Below, piece after piece: positions 29,180-37,134 of a stretch of 64,000 nucleotides of DNA. Position 1 is the stretch's first letter. Every line of letters begins with the position of its first letter. The notes under the pieces were generated by a model. It was not told the DNA's origin and ran no database searches. It worked only from the letters and a program-made list of their open reading frames with translations. Source of the DNA: Tagaea sp. (lineage in GTDB: Bacteria > Pseudomonadota > Alphaproteobacteria > CACIAM-22H2). The stretch is taken from contig JBILXZ010000008.1 in the NCBI GenBank assembly GCA_044378015.1, forward strand, positions 9,917 to 73,916. Direction: 5' to 3'. Both the position numbers and the translations under genes were made by a program.

Positions 29180-30505
29180 ATGGCCCGCACCTCTCGCAGC
29201 GCTCGCATCGAAACGCGCACCAAGCGCCTTAAATTGCCAATACGGCGCGAACCCTATTGGCACTCGATTGAGGCCGGTTTCGCCTTGGGCTATCGGCGCC
29301 TCGCTGGCAACAAGGGCGGCACCTGGATTGCCAAACGCTACGTCAAAGGCGAGCGGCGCGTTTTGAAGGCCCTTGGGACGGCGGATGACTTTACCGACGC
29401 GGACGGCGTGCGCGCTCTTACATTCGCCCAAGCCCAAGCGGGCGCGCGGCAATGGCTTGTAGATTTGGCCATCGCGAAAGCCGGGGGCGTCGATCCATCC
29501 AAGCCCTACACCGTCAGCAACGCTTTGGATGACTACCTCGCGCACTACGTCACCAAGGGCGGACGGGCAGAAATTGCAGCACGGCGCGCAATCGATAATT
29601 TGATCCGGCCCGCGATGGGCAGTATCCCGCTCGCCAATCTCACCTTCGGCCAAGTCGAAAGTTTCCGCGACGGACTTGCGGAAATTGGCCGCCGGTTCCG
29701 AACGAAAAAGGGTACGCCCCACAAGCCCGAAAAACTCCGGGTAAACGACCCCGAGCAACGGCGAAAGCGGCGCGCCACCGCCAATCGCGTATTCACATTC
29801 CTACGGGCGGCCCTCAATCGCGCCTATCAAAAACAAAAAGTCGCATCCGACGCAGCATGGGCGTCGATAAAGCCCTTCGAAAAGGTAGATGCGCCGCGCG
29901 AACGATACCTTACGGATGATGAGGCCGTGCGCCTCGCAAATGCCTGCGCCCCCGACATGCGAGCCCTTGTCACGGCGGCGCTGCTGACGGGGTGCCGCTA
30001 TGGCGAGCTAATCGCGATGCGCGCGGGGCATTTTGACGGCGATAATGGGACGCTCCACATTCCCGAGCCGAAATCCGGCAAGCGGCGCGACGTGGTGCTT
30101 GCCAGTGAAGGCCGCCAATTCTTCGAAGCCGCAACAATGGGGAAGGTTGCTACCGAACTCGTATTTCTGCGGGCCGGTGGCAACGCTTGGAAGCGTGTAG
30201 ATCAGGTCCGCCCGCTTAAAGCCGCATGCAAGGCCGCACGGATTTTCCCAGCGGTGGGCTTCCATATCTTGCGGCATACCTACGCCTCGCGCCTCGCGCG
30301 CGCAAATGTCCCCATGGTGGTTATCGCGAAGCAACTCGGGCATGGCGATTTGCGAATGACAACGCGGCACTACGCGCACCTATCGCCCGGCTACGTCGCG
30401 GACACAGTGCGCGCCGCTTTCGGTTCGATGGGGCTTGTCGATATGAAGCCCGGCAACGTCGCTTCTATGGAAGCGGCACGGGCCAAGAAAGGCGCGCCGC
30501 TCTAG
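29180..30505 (+). CDS. int: Tyrosine recombinase / integrase
   Basis: Catalytic set present: TGCRYGEL (R), PKSGK (K), FHILRHT (HxxR), LGH (H), RHYAH (Y); N-terminal arm-binding-like domain. Confidence 0.93.
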   Translation: MARTSRSARIETRTKRLKLPIRREPYWHSIEAGFALGYRRLAGNKGGTWIAKRYVKGERRVLKALGTADDFTDADGVRALTFAQAQAGARQWLVDLAIAKAGGVDPSKPYTVSNALDDYLAHYVTKGGRAEIAARRAIDNLIRPAMGSIPLANLTFGQVESFRDGLAEIGRRFRTKKGTPHKPEKLRVNDPEQRRKRRATANRVFTFLRAALNRAYQKQKVASDAAWASIKPFEKVDAPRERYLTDDEAVRLANACAPDMRALVTAALLTGCRYGELIAMRAGHFDGDNGTLHIPEPKSGKRRDVVLASEGRQFFEAATMGKVATELVFLRAGGNAWKRVDQVRPLKAACKAARIFPAVGFHILRHTYASRLARANVPMVVIAKQLGHGDLRMTTRHYAHLSPGYVADTVRAAFGSMGLVDMKPGNVASMEAARAKKGAPL

Positions 30506-30536
30506 CGTGCGCGCGCTGGCGTGATACACTCTAGAC

Positions 30537-30591
30537 CGATGGGGATAGGGCGGCCACCCGACAAGCGCAAACCGTATGTGCTTCCCCATCG
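30537..30591 (+). ncRNA. Structured RNA between integrase and alpA-like genes (int-alpA motif-like)
   Basis: Outer stem CGATGGGGA/TCCCCATCG encloses hairpins GGG-CGGCCA-CCC and AAGCGCA/TGTGCTT; extended -10 TGATACACT just upstream. Confidence 0.5.
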
Positions 30592-30621
30592 CAACGATAC
30601 GGACGCCCGGACGGAGGGCGC

Positions 30622-31182
30622 ATGATTCGGCGCAAAAAATCAAAGCCACTCGATACCCCTATTTCAAATCACAACCTGCTGGCCGCCTTGCTAGACAATC
30701 GGGAGCCCACAAAAGCTGAGCTTGAGCAGCATCAACTTAGCGTTGCTCGACAAGAAATTATAAAACTAGATAATCTATTGAGCGAATTTGGAATCGAGCG
30801 AAATAGATTTGAGCTGTTTGTGTATCGTGATCTAGCGCTTGCGCTCGCACGAAAGTATATCGACGGGTTCAAAAATGAATCAGAAATTGGCGGAAAGGTT
30901 GGAAGAAAGCCAAGCTGGACGCCCATAGCGTTAGCTTATCTTCTTGCGATGTTCGAAAAACTACAGGCAGAAACAGGGGCGCAATCCAAAGAGCTTTACT
31001 ATCGCCTTGCCGATGAAATCAAAGCGGTAAATCCAGAGCTTAAGCTGGGTGCGGGGGCAGTTAAAAACAGGCTAACAGAGGCTCGCGCGTTGCGAGACGC
31101 CGGGGAGCTACCCGACACTCCGCACAAAAAGTGGCATCGAAATAAAATCGGTGCCACGCGGCTGTTTGAGAAGGTGAAATAA
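30622..31182 (+). CDS. Hypothetical protein (low GC, possibly DNA-binding)
   Basis: 186-aa ORF with GGAGGG RBS; GRKPSW followed by a helical region. Confidence 0.65.
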   Translation: MIRRKKSKPLDTPISNHNLLAALLDNREPTKAELEQHQLSVARQEIIKLDNLLSEFGIERNRFELFVYRDLALALARKYIDGFKNESEIGGKVGRKPSWTPIALAYLLAMFEKLQAETGAQSKELYYRLADEIKAVNPELKLGAGAVKNRLTEARALRDAGELPDTPHKKWHRNKIGATRLFEKVK

Positions 31183-31256
31183 TCATATTAATGGAAATGC
31201 AGGCACCAGCGGACGCATATCGCGTACGCGCGTGTTCTCTCACAAGGGATGCCTGC

Positions 31257-31448
31257 ATGGAAGCGATTACCCTGACAATCCCCGACGCGGTTAAGGCATC
31301 GGGCGCTAGCCGTACCTCAATTTACGAAGCCTTGCGGCAAGGCAAACTCACCGCTCTAAAACACGGCAAGCGCACGCTCATTCCAGCGGACGCCTTGAAG
31401 GCATGGCTTTCGAGCATGCCCGCCTATCAGCCGTCGCAAGCTGCATAG
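31257..31448 (+). CDS. Excisionase / AlpA-like HTH protein
   Basis: LTIPDAVKASGASRTSIYEALRQGKL...GKRTLI. Confidence 0.85.
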   Translation: MEAITLTIPDAVKASGASRTSIYEALRQGKLTALKHGKRTLIPADALKAWLSSMPAYQPSQAA

Positions 31449-31453
31449 GCATG

Positions 31454-31488
31454 AAAAAGCCCGGAACGCGGTGAGACGCGCCCGGGCT
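31454..31488 (-). terminator. Antisense-oriented intrinsic terminator
   Basis: AAAAAGCCCGG...CCGGGCT gives a hairpin plus U-tract on the minus strand. Confidence 0.6.
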
Positions 31489-31531
31489 GGATCAATTGGC
31501 ACTTAACCCCCTTCGAAAAGAGTTAAGCAAA

Positions 31532-31723
31532 ATGAACCTACACAATCCGCGTATCGCGGGCAACGTTGTCGATTTGCCGCTGTTCCTTTGGGCGGCAACG
31601 CAACAGCCCCGCGATTATCCCACCGCCGCAAAACGGCTTGCGCGTCGGTACGGGCTTCAAATTCCAACGGCGGCGGTTATCGCCTCGCTTGCCGGATTCA
31701 ATGCCAACGAGGTGCGCGCATGA
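31532..31723 (+). CDS. Small hypothetical element protein
   Basis: 63 aa; AKRLARRYGL...IASLAGF; ATGA-coupled to the next gene. Confidence 0.6.
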   Translation: MNLHNPRIAGNVVDLPLFLWAATQQPRDYPTAAKRLARRYGLQIPTAAVIASLAGFNANEVRA

Positions 31724-32028
31724 AACGGCTTACCGTTGAATTCGAGACTTACGAAAACGGCGCGTCCATCGTGCGAGAGGTGCGCGGGCAAACTGCAAAG
31801 GCGCAGGTTGCGCTGGTCGATGCCGGTAGCGAGGGCATAACAGCGCTTGGGTGTGGCGCTTGGGCCTTTCGCCTTGCCGCGTACTGTTTCGACCTTCGCA
31901 AAGAATACGGCTTGGCAGTCCGCACCGACCGCGAAGAACACGAAGGCGGCTGGCACGGGCGGCATGTACTGGAAACGCCGGTTCGTATCGTTCGCATCTT
32001 GGGCGACGAAGAACGGGCGGCGGCATGA
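31720..32028 (+). CDS. Winged-helix domain protein
   Basis: ALVDAGSEGITAL...RLAAYCFDLRKEYGLAVRT.REEH...HGRHVL; translationally coupled. Confidence 0.7.
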   Translation: MKRLTVEFETYENGASIVREVRGQTAKAQVALVDAGSEGITALGCGAWAFRLAAYCFDLRKEYGLAVRTDREEHEGGWHGRHVLETPVRIVRILGDEERAAA

Positions 32029-32339
32029 AGGAACTGCAAACCGCAAAGACGGGGGGCGCGGCGCAAGCCGCGCTTCCCATCGCCCCGCCGGATACGCGGC
32101 TCTTGTGCTGGCGCTACCCAATCGGCTGGGAAAAGTGGGAGGTGCGGCTTGAAGCCCATCAAACCAACGACCCCGCAACTTTCGGGCGCGTGTTCATATC
32201 TGACGAAGAAGACAACCGTGTAGAATTGGATTGGCAGACGTTGCGCGATATGGCCGACAATCTACAAGGTGCGGTCGATACGCTTTGGGACGATAGAGAG
32301 GCGGCACGCAAGGCCAAGGCGAGCGGTGCCGATGGCTAG
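32025..32339 (+). CDS. Hypothetical protein
   Basis: 104 aa; ATGA overlap upstream and 8-bp overlap downstream. Confidence 0.55.
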   Translation: MKELQTAKTGGAAQAALPIAPPDTRLLCWRYPIGWEKWEVRLEAHQTNDPATFGRVFISDEEDNRVELDWQTLRDMADNLQGAVDTLWDDREAARKAKASGADG

Positions 32340-32781
32340 GCGTGGCGGGCGTGTCAATGCGACCGGCCGGAATGAGGGAGGGGCATACGCGCCCCTCTCT
32401 TACCAGCTACTGCAATCGCCCGCGTGGCGTTCGCTGAGTGGTCCGGCCGCCAAGGTTTGGTTAGAGCTACGGACGCGATACAGCGGCGCGAACAACGGAC
32501 GCCTGTCGCTGAGCCGCGACGAAGCCGCACGCATCCTGGGGCTTGGCAAGGCGACGGTAGGGCGTGCGCTCGACGAACTAGAGGCAAAGGGTTTTGTCGA
32601 ACTCAAACGGCGCGGCAAGTGGTACGGCCGCATGGCGAGCGAATGGCTTGTGACGGACAGGGGCACCGACAATGCGCCCCCGTCGAACGCTTGGCGGCAA
32701 TGGCAACCGTCCGGCAACGTACAGCCATCGGTTCTGAGTCGGACCATAAAAACAGAAATCGGTTCTGAGGTGGACCCGTGA
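32332..32781 (+). CDS. HTH protein, putative replication initiator
   Basis: SPAWRSLSGPA...NNGRLSLSRDEAARILGLGKATVGRALDELEAKGFV; iteron-like repeats overlap its 3' end. Confidence 0.7.
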   Translation: MARRGGRVNATGRNEGGAYAPLSYQLLQSPAWRSLSGPAAKVWLELRTRYSGANNGRLSLSRDEAARILGLGKATVGRALDELEAKGFVELKRRGKWYGRMASEWLVTDRGTDNAPPSNAWRQWQPSGNVQPSVLSRTIKTEIGSEVDP

Positions 32782-32883
32782 CACGCACGACGGGTCCGCT
32801 ACAGAACCGAAGGCCAAAAATATGGTCCGCTACAGAACCCGTCAGGGGCATTTTGGGTGCGCCCTTCGGTTCTGAGATGGACC
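32728..32883. repeat. Five 18-bp iteron-like repeats (TCGGTTCTG-N4-GGACC)
   Basis: Direct copies at 32728, 32759 and 32866; inverted copies at 32793 and 32824. Confidence 0.85.
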
Positions 32884-33267
32884 GCTATTATTACCATGGG
32901 GGTACGGGGGAGAGAGGCGCTAGCAGTGACCGGCACCAAGGGGCGGCGGACAGGGACGGCGCGTGCGCCCCCAAGGCGCATGACGCGACGGACCCCGCCA
33001 ACCCGGTCTATCCGTTTCGAAGAACCTTGGACCCGCGAAGCGGGCTTGTAGGAAAGACCATCGCGCACCGGCCCATCGCCAAGCGGCCCAAATTCGCCCG
33101 GCAAGCCGTCCGGCAATCGCGCACATGGTCGCTGCTACCCTGCGAACCCCAAACGCGCCAGCGGCCCGCTAATGGTGTTTGCGCGGCGCTCTATCGAAGA
33201 TTCTGCAATGCCATCAAGGGCGGCAATCGAGATAGCCAAACGATTTAGGAAAATCTGAGAGGCAAAA

Positions 33268-33882
33268 ATGGGCGGATCGAACTCGGGAAGGTCGGGCGGG
33301 CGGCCAACGGCAGAAGCGTGCGGGAGCCTTCGGCTTTCGATGCCCAAATTGCGACCGATTGACGGGGCGCTAATCGAATATCTCTTTCGATACGAGTGCG
33401 ACGGCGAAGAATATCCCGTCCGCGTCACTTTCGACTTTTGCACGCCCGGCAGACCGTTCGCCCTTGTGCGGCACCATGCCCGCACGGGCGACAGCGAAGA
33501 ATTTGAATATCGCGTCGGGCTGGCGCGCTCGCCTTGCAGATTCGGCGGTTGGCGCTGGTGGTGGGAGTGCTCGGCAAATGGGGACCGGGTGTTTAAACTA
33601 TTTCTGCCGAGAGGCGGGCGGCGGTTTCTATCCCGGCGCGCGTATCGCCTGGGCTTCGCCTCGCAACGCATGTCGGCGCTGGACCGAGCCCATCGGGCAA
33701 AAGACAAAATCGAACGGCGCTCGTGGTGGCACGATGACGGCACGCCCTGTCCGGCACCCGGCATGCGGCGGCGGACATTCGAAAAACTGGTCGCACGATG
33801 GGAAGCGGCGGACGAAAGGCTAGAGGTCCAATGGGAGCCCCGGACCCTTCGCCTCTTGGCGCGCATGATGGGTATGCGGTGA
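33268..33882 (+). CDS. Hypothetical protein of phage/integrative elements
   Basis: MGGSNSGR start; CRFGGWRWWWEC, RVFKLF, LGFASQR, PGMRRRTFEKL motifs. Confidence 0.7.
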   Translation: MGGSNSGRSGGRPTAEACGSLRLSMPKLRPIDGALIEYLFRYECDGEEYPVRVTFDFCTPGRPFALVRHHARTGDSEEFEYRVGLARSPCRFGGWRWWWECSANGDRVFKLFLPRGGRRFLSRRAYRLGFASQRMSALDRAHRAKDKIERRSWWHDDGTPCPAPGMRRRTFEKLVARWEAADERLEVQWEPRTLRLLARMMGMR

Positions 33883-33939
33883 ATTTCGAACACAGTACGC
33901 GCGGGCGCGCATCATGGGGTTTTTGAGATAGGAGCGGCA

Positions 33940-34134
33940 ATGCGACAAAAAATAAAATGTGGCGCGCGGACCCGACGCGGGGCGCCCTGCCAGTGCAAAG
34001 CGATTCGGACGAAGCGAGGGGCGATGCGTTGCCGGTTGCACGGTGGGTTATCGAGCGGTCCGAAAACCATTGAAGGCCGGGCGCGAATTTCTGAGGCGAT
34101 GCGCCAGCGGTGGGCGGCACAGTCCGGCAATTAG
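33940..34134 (+). CDS. HGGxSTG-domain protein
   Basis: CGARTRRGAPCQ...RCRLHGGLSSGPKTIEGRARI; GGAG RBS. Confidence 0.85.
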   Translation: MRQKIKCGARTRRGAPCQCKAIRTKRGAMRCRLHGGLSSGPKTIEGRARISEAMRQRWAAQSGN

Positions 34135-34289
34135 GGTTTTCCGACTTTTGACAGGCCATGCGCGCGCGTGCGGGCGTGTCATGGGGTATTGGGACTTTTC
34201 CGGGAGGCATGCCAAAAAGCCCATGAGATATTGCAAGATTGGAAATTGCGCTTAGCATACGCAAAAGTAGGTTAAATGGAGTGGCGCCG

Positions 34290-35105
34290 ATGAAATGGTG
34301 GTTACTTTCTAAAGCCGTTGAAGCGATGGATTCGCCTAACGGTCCTGCCATTCCAAAGGCCAATTGGGCTCGCGGTTTTTTTCGTATTTGGGTCGTCGTG
34401 TCTGCGTTGTGGGCTACCGGCGTAACTCTCGTGGAATATTCCACTTTTGAGGAGGCTTGGGCATATCAATTTGGTGCCCTCGATTACGGGGTGGCTGTAT
34501 ACCCCAGCGACGCAGGGCGTCTTGCAATTCGTGACAATAGGGACTGGCAATCACGATCTCACGAATCCGCACAGCAGGCAGAACAACCCTGGGTAATTTT
34601 CCCCGTTAAATGGCCTTCCGCGAATGTGGTTTTCGCGGACGTGCGGGATGAGCTTCTAAACGGTATTCGAGGCACCCAGGAGGGAGTTGCGGAGCGTCGA
34701 GTCACGTTAAGTTTGTTGGAGGCGGCAACCCGAAAGCTTATTCCCGAGGCCCCGGACCTGAAGAAACTCACCAATGACGAAGTACTGGCAATTCAGCAGA
34801 TTCTATCGACTCCGACGCTCGCTAGCCTAATGGTGAATTTCGACAAGGCCCGAGGCCCAAACGCTCGAGAAAATGCCATACGGGATATAACGTTGCGCCG
34901 TGAGTTTCTCGAGAAGCCCCCGGAGCATTTTGAATTGCTCGCGGGGAGGCTTTTTGATTGGATACTTGAAGACCACGCCAAAATGCGGCGCGCCAAAATT
35001 TGGGGGGTGATTCAAGCCTTTGGATATATGATTAGCTTTCCGCTGCTCACTTTGCTTTTTGGATTGATGATTCGCTGGATTATGCGCGGCTTCTCGCCTG
35101 CATGA
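34290..35105 (+). CDS. Cargo membrane protein of unknown function
   Basis: TM near N-terminus (RGFFRIWVVVSALW) and at C-terminus (FPLLTLLFGLMIRWIMRGF); AT-richer than host genes. Confidence 0.7.
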   Translation: MKWWLLSKAVEAMDSPNGPAIPKANWARGFFRIWVVVSALWATGVTLVEYSTFEEAWAYQFGALDYGVAVYPSDAGRLAIRDNRDWQSRSHESAQQAEQPWVIFPVKWPSANVVFADVRDELLNGIRGTQEGVAERRVTLSLLEAATRKLIPEAPDLKKLTNDEVLAIQQILSTPTLASLMVNFDKARGPNARENAIRDITLRREFLEKPPEHFELLAGRLFDWILEDHAKMRRAKIWGVIQAFGYMISFPLLTLLFGLMIRWIMRGFSPA

Positions 35106-35408
35106 ATTACTTTCAATTTTGGAGTGTCTAGCCCGGCGCGCGGCTTCCGACATAGACAGTAGACAGATATCGCCCAGCCCATCGCTCGAAACAATTTTGC
35201 GACAAATACGCCCGCGCGCATCATGGGGTTTCCGCAGAAATACGCGCCCGCGTCATGGGGTGTTGTGGGGCGCACCCCGATCCGAGAGAAAAAATTTCGC
35301 CGAATCGAAACTGCCGGGCAAAGGGCATTTCCAGCAACGTGTTTGCCGTACACTTGCCGTACGGCACCGTTTAGCGGGGGAGCATGTCTGCTAAGATATT
35401 GAAAAAGC

Positions 35409-35484
35409 TGGCGTTCCCTAGGGGATTCGAACCCCTGTATCCACCGTGAAAGGGTGGTGTCCTAGGCCTCTAGACGAAGGGAAC
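35409..35484 (-). tRNA. tRNA-Glu (TTC)
   Basis: 76-nt cloverleaf GTTCCCTTCG...CCACCCTTTCACGGTGG...GGTTCGAATCCCCTAGGGAACGCCA. Confidence 0.97.
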
Positions 35485-35530
35485 TTGGGCCCGCAGAAGG
35501 AGCTCTATGTAGCGAGGTCGCTTGCGTAAA

Positions 35531-35941
35531 TCAAGCCTCGAAGACGGGCTTGGCGGCAACGAGCGGCAGGCGCACGCAATCGAGGCGGCTTGAATGGCGC
35601 GCGACCGGCAAAAACGCCGCCCAAACGCCGTTTTCTGAGGTTTTTTGGCCCACTAGCACGCGCGCGAGGGCGGTCTCGGCGGCGGCAAAAGCAGCCGGTC
35701 CCTGGCCTTCGAGGCTGGCGGCGAGCGCTGCGGCCGCGGCCTGGCACAGCACGCACCCGCGCACAAAATGGCCGACGCGGCGCACGCTGCCGTCGGCCGC
35801 GCGGTCGACATCGATCGTGACGCGGTCGCCGCACAGCGGATTGTCGCTGGTGTGGCTGTGCGTGGGCGCCTCCAGGCGTCCGGCATGGCGCCGATCCTTG
35901 GCCAATGCGAGAATCGCGTCGTGGTAGAGGGCGTCGCTCAC
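35531..35941 (-). CDS. SufU/IscU-like sulfur-transfer or scaffold protein
   Basis: LYHDAIL, DNPLCGDRV, GCVLCQAAA, RLDCVRL motifs; GTG start overlaps the sufS stop. Confidence 0.85.
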   Translation of the reverse strand: MSDALYHDAILALAKDRRHAGRLEAPTHSHTSDNPLCGDRVTIDVDRAADGSVRRVGHFVRGCVLCQAAAAALAASLEGQGPAAFAAAETALARVLVGQKTSENGVWAAFLPVARHSSRLDCVRLPLVAAKPVFEA

Positions 35942-37134
35942 AAAAGGGTCTTTCTGGCCAGTGCAAGCCCTTCGAAAAACGCGTCGATGTCGCTGTCGTC
36001 GCTGTAGAGGGCGAGCGACGCGCGCGTTGTGCCTGCGAGATCGAATCGCTTGTGCAGGGGCTGCGCGCAATGGTGGCCGCCGCGCAAGGCCACGCCCGCG
36101 CCGTCCATGATCTGGCAGATATCGTGCGGGTGGGTTCCCTCGAGCGCGAACGACACGACCGGAGCCCGCGCTTGCAGGCTCTGCGGCCCCAGCACGCGTA
36201 TCCCCGGCGTCGCCGCCAACCCGTCGAGTAGGCGCTGGCACAGACGCGTCTCGGTGGCCGCAATCTCGGACCAGGGCAAGGTGCCGAGCCATCGGCAGGC
36301 GGCGCCAAGGCCGATCGCCGCTCCGATGGGCGGGGTGCCCGCTTCGAATTTCGCGGGGGCTGCGGCCCAACTGCTGTGCGCAAGTTCGACCTGGGCGATC
36401 ATCTCGCCGCCGCCGAGGAAGGGCGGCATCGCGTCGAGCAATTCGGCGCGCGCCCACAAAACGCCCACGCCGTGGGGCGCAAAAACCTTGTGGCCGCCGA
36501 ACGCGTAGAAATCGACGCCCAAGGCTTTGAGGTCGAGCGGTCCGTGCGGGGCGCGCTGGGCGCCGTCGAGCAGCACGCGCGCGCCCACTTTGGAAGCCGC
36601 CGCAACGACTGCAGCGACGTCGAGCACGGCACCTGTCACGTTCGAAACGTGGGCAAGCGACACGAGCTTGACGCGTTCATCGAGCTTCGTCTCGAGGCCC
36701 GAAAGATCGATGCGGCCCTCGGCATCGACGTCGAGAAACCGCAGTTCCACGCCGCTGCGCGCGGCCAGCATCTGCCAGGGGACGAGATTGGAATGGTGCT
36801 CGAGCCCGCTCAGCAGCACCGCGTTGCCCGGTTTCATCGAGACGCCGAATGCGTGTGCGACGAGATTGAGGGCCGCCGTGCAGCCGCTCGTAAACACGAT
36901 CTCGGACGCGGGCACGCCGAGATAGGAAGCGACGTCGCTGCGTGCGGCGGCATAGGCGTCGGTTGCGGCTTCTGCCAGGCGATGCACGCCGCGTTTGACG
37001 TTGGCACGCGACGTCGTTTCGAACGCGCGCACGGCGTCGAGCACGGTATGCGGCATCTGCGCGGTTGCCGCCGAGTCGAGATAGGCGAGGCCCGGACGGA
37101 GGATCGGGAACTGGTCGCGCAGCGCTTGTGTCAT
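35938..37134 (-). CDS. sufS: SufS-family (group II) cysteine desulfurase
   Basis: YLDSAATAQ, EHHSN, DGAQ, GGHK, FEAGTP, RGGHHCAQP motifs. Confidence 0.9.
   Translation of the reverse strand: MTQALRDQFPILRPGLAYLDSAATAQMPHTVLDAVRAFETTSRANVKRGVHRLAEAATDAYAAARSDVASYLGVPASEIVFTSGCTAALNLVAHAFGVSMKPGNAVLLSGLEHHSNLVPWQMLAARSGVELRFLDVDAEGRIDLSGLETKLDERVKLVSLAHVSNVTGAVLDVAAVVAAASKVGARVLLDGAQRAPHGPLDLKALGVDFYAFGGHKVFAPHGVGVLWARAELLDAMPPFLGGGEMIAQVELAHSSWAAAPAKFEAGTPPIGAAIGLGAACRWLGTLPWSEIAATETRLCQRLLDGLAATPGIRVLGPQSLQARAPVVSFALEGTHPHDICQIMDGAGVALRGGHHCAQPLHKRFDLAGTTRASLALYSDDSDIDAFFEGLALARKTLL

Larger units (their letters stand above)
28987..35456. mobile_element. ~6.4 kb integrative element (putative phage satellite) in tRNA-Glu
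   Basis: Bounded by 48-bp direct repeats of the tRNA-Glu 3' end; carries tyrosine integrase, Xis/AlpA, HTH/Rep-like and HGGxSTG genes; has lower-GC segments. Confidence 0.92.

Noticed and set aside
32728-32883. Repeats as a mini-CRISPR array
   Set aside because: 18-bp units in mixed orientation with 13-24 bp gaps and no cas genes; fits iterons better.
32778-33248. 156-aa ORF after the Rep-like gene
   Set aside because: Spans the iteron/origin region and has no recognisable motif; not listed as a CDS, although the GTGA overlap leaves it possible.
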